A DNA stretch of 63,414 nucleotides, filler included, from Stramenopiles sp. TOSAG23-3 (lineage: Eukaryota), in assembly GCA_900128585.1 (NCBI GenBank). It is 11 parts of 11 records of this genome, joined end to end, with 100 filler letters (N's around TTAATTAATTAA, not from the genome) between each part and the next. Parts side by side here need not be neighbours in the genome. Positions count along the whole stretch, not along the records: positions 17,383 to 23,068 come from LT643456.1; positions 23,169 to 28,852 come from LT643457.1; positions 28,953 to 34,624 come from LT643458.1; 8 more parts are not named here. One strand, written 5' to 3'. This document shows, piece after piece, positions 21,900 through 31,370 of the stretch. The position numbers and the translations under genes are program-made. The notes beneath the pieces were generated by a model, which worked only from the letters and a program-made list of their open reading frames with translations, was not told the DNA's origin and did not search any database. The stretch's first letter is position 1, and every line of letters starts with the position of its first letter.

Positions 21900-23068
21900 T
21901 TAGAGCTTTTCTCCTTTGTCAGCTTTTTGTGCTCTCGTTAGCGCTTCAATTTGTTCCACCAGGGCTTGTTCGTTCCTCGTTAAAGCTGTTATCTGTTCCT
22001 GTAGAACCTCCTGGTTCAACAAAAGGTCGTATGCCACTACGTGCGGGGGTATATGCGATTGATGCTCCGGTGGAAGCAAGTAGCGAGGGACCCGTTCGCC
22101 CTTTGACACTAGGAATTTTCCTACGTCGGCTGGAGAAGGAAACCGTGCTCCTGTCTCCGGATTATACCCCCAATCTTTGTACTTGTCCACATTTTTTATT
22201 TTGGTCAACCATGGAGGGGTTGCCGCATTCTCGTTGTCATTCCCAACTGTCACAGTGACGTGGCCGGGCGAGGCATCTTCGCGTCCCAAATCTTTTGAGA
22301 AACGCACGCCTTTATTGATTGCATCTTCGCATGAAACAGACATAGATTCTTTGTCGTATGGCAAAAGGACATCTCCGTCATTGCTATTAATTTCTCTCGG
22401 TGCGACCAATTTGACCGCTGCTGGATCAAAATTTTCTTCCGCTTCGCCTAACTTTCCCAAGTACTTGACGAGAGACGACAGAACCCACGAGAAGTGCGCA
22501 ATGCCGAGGCTTTCCAAAATCAATGCCAGTTTGACAACATTCCATGCGCCTGGAAGGTTCATGAAACCCATGGGGTGGGTCGCAGCCACCAATTGAGGCA
22601 TCAGTTGGCCGAACGACAACACCACAAGTGCCCCAGGCAGCCCCGTGTCAATGACGAGAACGAAGAGCCATTCAGGCCAACCATCTTTCGGCAGTTTAGG
22701 GTAGGTCGTTAATTGAGCGCACAAAAAGACAACAAAAACAACAAAAAACTGGCGGCCTATTAAAAAGCGCTGAACGTTTCGCCCGTTGTCCTCCGTTGCC
22801 AACTTCAATGTACAGATGCCACGGCTGTACTTTCGTTTGAATGCATCGGTTTCGGGCAAACGGCTTTTTTCCATCTCCAATATAGCGATCTGAAGGCCCT
22901 CTAAGTAGCCCAAAAGGATCAATACGAAAACGAATAAAATGTAATGGACGGCTGGATGCCCTGGTAATGCTGCGTAGTTCATCCCAATAGCATACACAAT
23001 CAACCCCACGGCAGTCAATGTGAGAATAGTGCTTCCGACCTTTCGCACAGAAGTCAACAGGTCATCTT
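21900..23068 (-). CDS. Silicon transporter (SIT/SIT-L family), 5'-truncated
   Basis: LEGLQIA (EGxQ, 22890-22901), RFLIGRQFFVV (GRQ, 22749-22757), FGQLMPQLVA, LESLGIAHFSW; about 5 TM; frame open to the contig edge. Confidence 0.92.
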
Positions 23069-23168
23069 NNNNNNNNNNNNNNNNNNNNNNNNNNNNNNNN
23101 NNNNNNNNNNNNTTAATTAATTAANNNNNNNNNNNNNNNNNNNNNNNNNNNNNNNNNNNNNNNNNNNN
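23069..23168. other. Artificial contig linker
   Basis: N44-TTAATTAATTAA-N44. Confidence 0.98.
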
Positions 23169-23564
23169 AAAAAAATAATAAATAAGAAGAAGAAGATAGA
23201 AGAAGAAAAAAGAGAAGAAGAGAGATGAAAAAAAAAGAAGAGGAAGAGGAAGAAAGAAGAGGATATCGGCAACTATGGGAAGCCTAAAATCTGGCCAGAA
23301 GAAAAGAGAAGAAGAAGAAGACGAGAAGAAGAAGACGAGAAGAAAAAAAGAAGAAGAGATGCAAAAAAAAATGAATCAATAAACCTCTAAATTATAACAA
23401 GGAAATTTTACTCTCAGTAATTACTTAGTGTACTATATAATAATAATATGCTATGCTGGTTTTAAAGATTATAATTATTTTATTATTCTTTCTTTTTCTT
23501 CTTTTTCTTCTTTTTTTTCTTCTTCTTTCTTCTTCTTTATCTGCTGGGAGGAGAGCCCCTCCCC

Positions 23565-25544
23565 TCACAACCGTAGCGTTGATTTGTACGCAGCAAACTT
23601 TTTTTTCCGGTCTGCCAATCCATTTGAACCTCCATTGATCAGGTAGGTCACGGACTTAGTATTTGTAAAGTCTCCTCCAACCCTTGAACTACTTTTCACT
23701 CGCATGTACCAATAATTCACTGCCACCTGGGCCGCAATATCAAGGTCGCCGGCCATCTCAGGGTGTTTTTCCAAATCGACGCCCAACACTTGTCCCATAT
23801 AGCGGTAATTCGCTCGGCCGGTTAGCTGGATGTAACCCCGACCCTTGTATTTCGCTCCATCGCCTCGCTGAACATTTCCTAGGTCAACCCTGCCTTCATA
23901 CGCGTTTCCGCTGGCATACTCTTCCATCGCTTGAAAATGGTGCGACTCGTGGTCCATTTGTGCCAAAAATTGAGCCGCTTCTACTCCACCAATACCGGAC
24001 CGTTTCATGTACCTGAACAGCGTCTGCTCGCGCTCCCCGATGTTGATCCTTTCGCCGCTCAACCTTACCGTTTTGCCCTCATACATGGCAGACGGAAAGT
24101 CTTTTATTGATCCGACCAAAGGGAGGGGATTCTGAGCCCTTGTCTGGTAGCCCTGGCAGCACGCCGTGTCTCCGCCACCGTAACATTTACCCTTCACGAC
24201 GGTCCCGCCATGGTTCAAGCACTTATAAGGCAGCCAGCACATGCCCGCCGCCCCTTTCCTGCACTCTTGGAACAGGTACCCGGCCCCGCCTGCATAGGTA
24301 GCCCCATTGTCCGGGTCGGTTCGAATCCACTGGCGCTGGCCTGGTTTCGGTGCATCTTCCTCCGTGTGTGCGACGTCCATGGCCAAGGAGCTCTTCTTAG
24401 AGACTTCTGATTCGTCGCCAATCGATTCTTCGGCCGACACGGTTCTTTCCGGGTCGTCTTGACTCTTCTCGCCGCTGGAATCTCCCCCGTCCCCCGACGT
24501 CTTCTCCTTGACCCTCGTCTGTTCCATTTCTAACGTGTTGGACCTTAACTTTGCGTTGTTTTTCTTCTTGGACTCAATCTCCTCGTCTTTCTGGACATTG
24601 CCATCTATGTCTTCCTCCTTGTTTAAATTTTCCAGACGATGTTGATTGTCCAATAAAATTTGTGCCGCGGAGAATTCGTCTTTCTTCACTTTGGGCCTGT
24701 GCGAGTACTGTTGCTTCCTCTTTTCCTCAAATGCCCGTCTATTTGAATCCCCTTCCCGCCGCTTCATTTCTCCCTCCTTGCGGGTGTCCTCTAATTGCGC
24801 CTCCCGGTGCTCTCGTTTGGCCTGCTCTTCGTTTCGAACGTCCTGCGGCTTCGTCAAGTCTTCTTTCGGTGGCTTTGGGCTAATTTGTTTGTCTTCTTTG
24901 AACCCACCCCCTTCTTTGTCCTCGTCGTAGACCAATTTTGCAGAGTCTCGCATCGCGTTTGTGTTGTCACTGTGGGCCCCGCCTTCACTAGAGTCCTTCT
25001 CGACGTCTTCCGTATACGGCTCAATCATCGCATCGACCCCCCCGTTCTTGTGCGCGCCGGCCCCAATATAGTCTGAAATCCCACCGGCCTCTCTATTATA
25101 ATTCTGTTGGTGATTTTTTGGGTTCTTGTTTGTCGACGCGCCCTCTAAATCCCTTTCTACGCGCAGTTCCCCTGACGGATCCTCGTTGCTCCTTACTCTG
25201 TAAATCTCTTTCTCTGACATAACACGGTGGGGCGGGACGGGGTGGGTATTAAACAGTTCGGCCCGCTTCTTTTCCGTCTCGGCCCACGTCTTTGTCGGCT
25301 TCCACTCGTCGGGATCTGTCACCGGCATGGTTTCCTTATCGCCGGACTCCGCAAAAACGTCAAGCTTGTGGTCCGTAGTGGCCCATGGATGTTTGCCTTC
25401 GTAGTACTGCGAATTTGCCGTTCTCATCACGCCTGCGAGGCTGACCAAAAGCATGGTCACAAAAATGCATCGTGTGGAAGACGAAGACAAGCGACAAAAA
25501 GCGCGAACGGCAGCACGATAGGGGGACAGGACGCTGGCCCTCAT
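23565..25544 (-). CDS. Secreted protein: long charged disordered region, 6-Cys module, C-terminal glycoside hydrolase family 19 domain
   Basis: FLAQMDHES, EEYASGNAYEGRVDLGN..GDGAKYKGRGYIQLTGRANY, VTYLINGGSNGLADR; hydrophobic leader (IFVTMLLVSLAGV). Confidence 0.93.
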   Translation of the reverse strand: MRASVLSPYRAAVRAFCRLSSSSTRCIFVTMLLVSLAGVMRTANSQYYEGKHPWATTDHKLDVFAESGDKETMPVTDPDEWKPTKTWAETEKKRAELFNTHPVPPHRVMSEKEIYRVRSNEDPSGELRVERDLEGASTNKNPKNHQQNYNREAGGISDYIGAGAHKNGGVDAMIEPYTEDVEKDSSEGGAHSDNTNAMRDSAKLVYDEDKEGGGFKEDKQISPKPPKEDLTKPQDVRNEEQAKREHREAQLEDTRKEGEMKRREGDSNRRAFEEKRKQQYSHRPKVKKDEFSAAQILLDNQHRLENLNKEEDIDGNVQKDEEIESKKKNNAKLRSNTLEMEQTRVKEKTSGDGGDSSGEKSQDDPERTVSAEESIGDESEVSKKSSLAMDVAHTEEDAPKPGQRQWIRTDPDNGATYAGGAGYLFQECRKGAAGMCWLPYKCLNHGGTVVKGKCYGGGDTACCQGYQTRAQNPLPLVGSIKDFPSAMYEGKTVRLSGERINIGEREQTLFRYMKRSGIGGVEAAQFLAQMDHESHHFQAMEEYASGNAYEGRVDLGNVQRGDGAKYKGRGYIQLTGRANYRYMGQVLGVDLEKHPEMAGDLDIAAQVAVNYWYMRVKSSSRVGGDFTNTKSVTYLINGGSNGLADRKKKFAAYKSTLRL

Positions 25545-26401
25545 ATTGACTCGACGTTAGAGGAGCAACGCTTCGTCGTATTCCTGTGCCTTTCCAACAA
25601 CAACAACACAACCGAACGGTTTCAAGCTACGTCTCTTTATCAGATACTCAATTGTATCATTCACGTAGAAACTGGTCTGTCGGAGACTGTGTGAACTTGT
25701 GTACAGTATGATCGGAACCTTCTTCTATTATATATAATAATTATACATTTTTTATTGCATAATATAGTCTATTATCATCAGTGTGTGTATAGTTAGTTAT
25801 AATAATAGTCCTCTTCTTCTTTCTTCTTGATTTTTTTTTACTATTTATTATTATATATAGTAATAGTATTGAAGGTGTAAACCACTGCTCCATTCTTGAA
25901 AAAGATGGAGAGCTCGCCCCCCCTTTTTTTTTGAGAAAATCAGGAAGAAAAAAAAACGAAGAAGAAGATTTATATGTATATATTATATTAGACTACGAAA
26001 GATGGATGTTCATTTGTAAATACCAGTATATATAATATGTATTCTTAATTATATAATTCCTATCATTATATTATAAGATAATAATCCTATTCATAGCATA
26101 CCTTACACAGTATATAATTTAGACTAGTCATAAATTATTATCACTCTCTATCTAAAATTTATTGGTTATATAATTAATAATTCTCTTCTTCTTTTTTTTT
26201 TCTTCTTTCTTTCTTTCTTCATTTTTCGGTGAGAGAAAAGAAGAAGGAGGAAGGAAGGAAGGAAGGGCGGCGGCGGGGGGTGACCGGCCATCAAAAATCA
26301 TCAACATACTACATGCTTTTGAGATAAAAAATAATAGGCGACTACTTTGTTGGTAATATATAAAATGTAATAACATCTCAGAGATAATTATTACAACATT
26401 T

Positions 26402-26433
26402 TTTAGATTTTAGATTTTAGATTTTAGATTTTA
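26402..26433 (+). repeat. (TTTTAGA)n short tandem repeat
   Basis: About four copies of the heptamer. Confidence 0.8.
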
Positions 26434-26686
26434 ATTAACAAAACTAACAACCAAATCATATGTTTGTATATGTTCTAGATCATTGTGATTGACATCAAGG
26501 ATCTTAACGATTAATTTTTCAAAAGGAATTCAAAGGTAGCATAGATACATTCTATTTCATTCGTTTGTTTGTTTGTTTTTCATAAAGATAGCCGACGTCG
26601 TTTCCAGGAGCGTCGAATAAAGTGCCTCGATTGGTCCGGGGTGCGACTGTCTGTCTGTTAGTTTTCATTTTCTTTTTTATTGCAGG

Positions 26687-28339
26687 ATGTCGGAATCTTC
26701 GGGGGTTATGAGGACGGCCTCTGGGAGGCGAATGGTGCGCTCGGACTCCACGTTTGAAGTCGGCTCGAAGGAGTACTTAGAAAAAATAATGGTGGCCATC
26801 GTTGACCCGGAGGAGCAAGCGGACAGCGCGGTGACGTTGGTGATAAAGGATAGGTTCCTGAAACTACGGCGGTACAAGCAAGTGTTCACCGGTGCAAACT
26901 TGTTGAGGGCTTTGGCGACAACACACAACTACAGCCAAGAGGGCGGGAAAACGATTGCAGAGCAGATGGTCAGGAAAGGCGTGATTGAGCGCATCACGTC
27001 CGGCAAGGAGACGAAACGGGGCTCTGCCACGTCGGCAAACCTGCACGTGTTGGGGTGGACAGAAAAGGATTTTTTTCGCCTGGGCGAAGACATTGGGGTG
27101 AATTTGAAAAAAGTTGTACGGATCGTTATCAATTTGAAAGCCCGGGTGAAACACTTGGAGGGGACGCTGTTCGACACCCGAGATTCCTTGAACGAGATAG
27201 AGGCCGACCTTGTGTACGAGAGAACCACCTTTGCTCACTACATACACGCCTCCTGGATGTCGCAGCTCCAGTTCGCCGGAATTGTCGTGGGGTTTTCTCT
27301 CCTGATCGCCCTGCGTGCGGACCAGGACGGCCCGACGTCATACGTTTTGCTCTGTTTCTGCGCGGCTACCGTGCTGCACCTTTGCAACTGGCGCTACTCA
27401 CATTCGAAATTCTTGAGCAAAGCAGAGGCGGACATCCGGCCGAGCGGCAGCACGCCCATGGGGTCCCAAAGCCAATCAAAGCTGAGAGAATTCGCTGGGC
27501 TTCAGCCCAAAAGTAACCGTCCGTCCGCCAAGACGTCCAAAGAGAACACGCTGGTCCGGAAGAGGAGGATGACCACACACGTGTCGAATTCCCGCAGTGA
27601 CGGGGAGATCCTGCTAGTCCCGTACCCGGGGGAAGGCAATACAAAGGAGACTTGCTGGAGCGAGCCGCCGGGGAGCAATTTCATGGTCCGCGGAGAGACT
27701 TACCTGGTGGACAACAAGAAGATCCCGTCCAAAGAAACGTATTTAGAGATCCTTACGTGCGAGTTCGCCGCCATCGATTCCAACGTCACCATTGAGACCA
27801 TGGCCGGCGCGTCCAGGAGCACTGCGGAGTACCTCGCGAAAGAGGCCAGGGCGAAAGGCGTCGAGCCCACGCCGCTCTTCGTCGTCACCTTCTTGGTGCC
27901 AGGGTACGTCCTGTCCTGGTACTGTCAAAAAAGGGAAGGAGCCGGCCCGGACCCCATTTTGGACCCCATGTGGGACAAATTTTACAACGAGGACGATGAC
28001 AAGTACAGAAACGAGCGTTTGAAAATTTTGCCCGGCGTCTCGGACGGCATATGGATCGTCAAGAAAACCGTCGGGAAAAAGCCGGCAATAGCGGCACGGG
28101 CCGTCAATTGTTCCTGGAACCGGGGGGGCAACTACCTGGAGGTTGTGTACGACGTCAGCACGTCGTACGTTGGTAATAAAATATTCAGCGTTGTCAAAGG
28201 CTACGCCAAAAAGATTACGATCGACTTGTCGTTTCTCATCCAAGGAAACTCGAGGAAAGAACTCCCAGAGAGAATTTTGTGCGCCGCACGTTTCCACCAA
28301 ATGGACCTCGATAAAATACCAGTCCTGCAACAAGAATGA
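26687..28339 (+). CDS. DEP domain + coiled coil + 2 TM + EDR2 C-terminal (DUF1336) domain protein
   Basis: IKDRFLKLRRYKQVFTGANL (DEP-like); WSEPPGSNFMVRGETYLVDNKKIPS, RNERLKILP, WIVKKTVG, NYLEVVYDV, ELPERIL (EDR2_C). Confidence 0.88.
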   Translation: MSESSGVMRTASGRRMVRSDSTFEVGSKEYLEKIMVAIVDPEEQADSAVTLVIKDRFLKLRRYKQVFTGANLLRALATTHNYSQEGGKTIAEQMVRKGVIERITSGKETKRGSATSANLHVLGWTEKDFFRLGEDIGVNLKKVVRIVINLKARVKHLEGTLFDTRDSLNEIEADLVYERTTFAHYIHASWMSQLQFAGIVVGFSLLIALRADQDGPTSYVLLCFCAATVLHLCNWRYSHSKFLSKAEADIRPSGSTPMGSQSQSKLREFAGLQPKSNRPSAKTSKENTLVRKRRMTTHVSNSRSDGEILLVPYPGEGNTKETCWSEPPGSNFMVRGETYLVDNKKIPSKETYLEILTCEFAAIDSNVTIETMAGASRSTAEYLAKEARAKGVEPTPLFVVTFLVPGYVLSWYCQKREGAGPDPILDPMWDKFYNEDDDKYRNERLKILPGVSDGIWIVKKTVGKKPAIAARAVNCSWNRGGNYLEVVYDVSTSYVGNKIFSVVKGYAKKITIDLSFLIQGNSRKELPERILCAARFHQMDLDKIPVLQQE

Positions 28340-28647
28340 ATAAGGAGTCAATCTTTATCAAAATTACAATATTTAATTTTTGTTCTATTCCAAGAAGATT
28401 GAATAATTCTACGAGTCTAAAAGTCTCGCTGTAATACCTGGTACCAAATGAGGAAGATAAATGTGCCGTTTTTTGTTTTTTATCATAAAAGACCTTACCA
28501 GTCAATTTTCTTGTTTTCTTCATAAAAGAAAGACCTTCTTGCTTCTTGGTAGAATTATTTAGAGTCCTTCTTACGTGCGAGTTCCGTCGTGTTCCGGTCG
28601 ATACAACAGGTATAATACACTTTATATAATATATATATAATATATGT

Positions 28648-28852
28648 ACAAGGATTGATTTATCTCTGAGTGAGATATCGGATGAGGAAGCTGATTACGG
28701 TTCATATGCAAGCAATGTTGATTTAGATATCGCTTCGGATAGTTCATGGAGTGCATAAAAAAAAAATGATGACTGACAACCATCAATGAGACGAAATTAC
28801 AGAACCAAGTTAGGATTAGGGTACGACGAAGCTAAATTTAATTACTTAAATA
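28648..28852 (+). repeat. Dispersed repeat family, copy D
   Basis: Ungapped similarity to the reverse complement of ~10265-10372; the AAGCTAAATTTAATTACTTAAA end matches the reverse complement of ~42971-42993. Confidence 0.75.
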
Positions 28853-28952
28853 NNNNNNNNNNNNNNNNNNNNNNNNNNNNNNNNNNNNNNNNNNNNTTAA
28901 TTAATTAANNNNNNNNNNNNNNNNNNNNNNNNNNNNNNNNNNNNNNNNNNNN
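28853..28952. other. Artificial contig linker
   Basis: N44-TTAATTAATTAA-N44. Confidence 0.98.
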
Positions 28953-28953
28953 A

Positions 28954-29024
<71 letters not shown>
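28953..29024 (+). repeat. (AAAG)n microsatellite at contig edge
   Basis: Direct reading. Confidence 0.95.
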
Positions 29025-29025
<1 letters not shown>

Positions 29026-29289
29026 AGATATATATATTTATAATATTAGAACAGACTATTATAAATCAATCATCATCAATCTCACCTCATTCACCACCTC
29101 ACACCCCTCCTTGTAATGTATTTTTTAATTTCAAAGAAACAAGTCTTCTGGTCCTGGAAGAATAATACCCGGAAAGTGTGCGATCTAACTGAACAAACAG
29201 TCCTCGGAACTGGTTTAGAAAACGTTTTACCGACTTGGGACCCTACCTTTTTTGTTTTTTCCCGTGCACTTCGTTCTGTGTTTCCCCAC

Positions 29290-31023
29290 ATGAATCTCTG
29301 GCTTTTCAATTTTGGGTTGCTCGCGTTTCTGTGGGTTCATCACTCATGCGGTCTACAGATTACAGCGCCAGCCGACGGGGATATTCTGTATGGAACTAAA
29401 CGCGTTGAAGTGTTGTGGGAACGGGCCGAGAATGATATGGGACATACGGTCATCTTAATAAACTCGACCAAGTTAAAGAGGTTGGTTTTAAAACAACACC
29501 AATCAGATGTTCGAAAGGTAACACTGGGCAGACTGGGCTATGGAACCCACTCTGTCACCGTGAAGTTCCTTGGCAAACAGCCCACGGCGTCCACTGTAGT
29601 TTTTTCCACATCTCCCCCTCCAGCGTATTATGCCGAAGAAATTTCCGCGCCATCGAATGGCTACGGGGCCGATAGCGTGGTCCAGTCTACTTGTTTATTC
29701 AACCCTCCGTTTGGCGGAACAGAGAGAGGCGGCACCCCCCGGGTCGTCGCATTCGTTGGCGATACCACTCTGGACGGCCAGCGGGTTATCTGGTCGAACA
29801 CGATGGACGCTTTGTCGGCCCGAAAGATGAACGGGCACGGTGCTCCAGTTTTTAAATTCAAGTACATCAGTTTTTGGGGAAATTCCGGGCCTATCACAAA
29901 CATGCTGGCCAGCAAGCCCACGCCTGTACCCATGACGGTCGTCAGCGTCGAGACGCCCAAGACAGGACCCTACCGCCCATACGAAGGGTGGGAGCAAAGT
30001 GGCCCGGCCCTGACCGACATTCTGCTGGAGTACAGTGCCAAGCAAATGTTGTTGGGGAGCGGTAAACACAAAACATTGGAGTCGTCGAAAAAAGCGGTGG
30101 CATGGGCACGAAAGACGTGGCGCACGATGATAAAAGCCTTTGTTGGAACCGATGTTGCCGTGTTCGCCACGACGACGGAAAAAGCCGATCAAATTTATTT
30201 TCGGGCGGCGCGGGCGGCAGGGGTGGCAACGATCGTTCTTGAATTCAGCAACGTGGAGTTCGAGAATGTGAGAGGTGCAGACATTGACGTTGCCGTTGTC
30301 CCTTCCTACGATATGTACAGCCGTGTTTTAAAGTCAAACCCGTTTGCCCGCCCCATCGATGGGACGACCGAGGGGTCCCACCTGTGCCTCATCAACCCCC
30401 CGTTGGTGTTTGCTCGAGCGCCCTCGCCCACACAGGCCGCCGCCGGGGGCCCCCGCACGGTTGGGTACGTCGGGCGGCTCTCTTCTGAAAAGTCCGTCGG
30501 GGTGTTTCTTCGCATGGCAGCAGATTTGTTGAAAATTGACCCAAACTTGAGGTTTTCAGTCGTTGGCGATGGAAAGCAAAAGAGGGCGTTGAAGGATTTG
30601 GCCTTTAAAACGTATAGAATTAAAAAAGACAGGATCAAATTCCACGGGTTTGTAGAGCGGCCGTTGTTGCCCAGCATAATGGCAACTCTCGACGTATTCG
30701 TTAACCCATCGGCGTACCAAGAATCGTTCTGCTTAGTAAACCTGGAAGCGATGGCAGCTGGGGTGCCTGTGGTGGCCATGGCGCTGCAATCGGGGGCGTT
30801 GGATTATTTCAACACAGACAATTCGTTGCTTGTAAAAGACCCTGCGGAATTGGCACCTGCCGTTTTACGGGTGTTGGAGGACAACACGCTGCGACTCGCA
30901 ATGGTGCGCGCCGGGTTAGCCACATCACAACAGTCGCGCTTTGAGCCAGGCACGGTATCGAAGAGCTACGAGCGTGTCTTCTTGCGTTCCGATTTGTCGA
31001 TCGAAACGAGCGAAGACTTGTAA
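29290..31023 (+). CDS. Glycosyltransferase family 4 (GT-B) protein with signal peptide and N-terminal Ig-like segment
   Basis: VGYVGRLSSEKS, VVGDG, DVFVNPSAYQESFCLVNLEAMAAGVPVVA; MNLWLFNFGLLAFLW leader at 29290. Confidence 0.9.
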   Translation: MNLWLFNFGLLAFLWVHHSCGLQITAPADGDILYGTKRVEVLWERAENDMGHTVILINSTKLKRLVLKQHQSDVRKVTLGRLGYGTHSVTVKFLGKQPTASTVVFSTSPPPAYYAEEISAPSNGYGADSVVQSTCLFNPPFGGTERGGTPRVVAFVGDTTLDGQRVIWSNTMDALSARKMNGHGAPVFKFKYISFWGNSGPITNMLASKPTPVPMTVVSVETPKTGPYRPYEGWEQSGPALTDILLEYSAKQMLLGSGKHKTLESSKKAVAWARKTWRTMIKAFVGTDVAVFATTTEKADQIYFRAARAAGVATIVLEFSNVEFENVRGADIDVAVVPSYDMYSRVLKSNPFARPIDGTTEGSHLCLINPPLVFARAPSPTQAAAGGPRTVGYVGRLSSEKSVGVFLRMAADLLKIDPNLRFSVVGDGKQKRALKDLAFKTYRIKKDRIKFHGFVERPLLPSIMATLDVFVNPSAYQESFCLVNLEAMAAGVPVVAMALQSGALDYFNTDNSLLVKDPAELAPAVLRVLEDNTLRLAMVRAGLATSQQSRFEPGTVSKSYERVFLRSDLSIETSEDL

Positions 31024-31191
31024 TTAATTACCACTTGAAGTAGTATTTAAAATAATAGGGTTATTATGGGTCACCACGGTACAGGTACTTCCAATGTGTA
31101 ATAATTGGCCAATGTAATGTATAATATTATTAATAATAATATACCAAGTAGGAGAAGAGAGAGGGGGAGGAGGTCACGTCACCACCACCAC

Positions 31192-31225
31192 CTGCAGTCT
31201 GCAGTCTGCAGTCTGCAGTCTGCAG
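31192..31225. repeat. (CTGCAGT)n tandem repeat between the GT4 and actin-like genes
   Basis: Five copies of CTGCAG(T). Confidence 0.9.
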
Positions 31226-31370
31226 CCCCCCCCCCCACTTCGTTCTTTAATTCAACTTCTTCTTCTTGACAGTAAGTATCTGATCCAACCATTTGTTGAA
31301 CAATTCAGAAGAAACTCGCCCCAGTGCCTCGATCCCCTCCGAACTTACATTTGGCGTCGTTAGAAGTATT

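Noticed and set aside
21900-25544. SIT next to GH19 as a silica/chitin wall-building locus
   Set aside because: They are separated by an artificial linker, so the adjacency is not real
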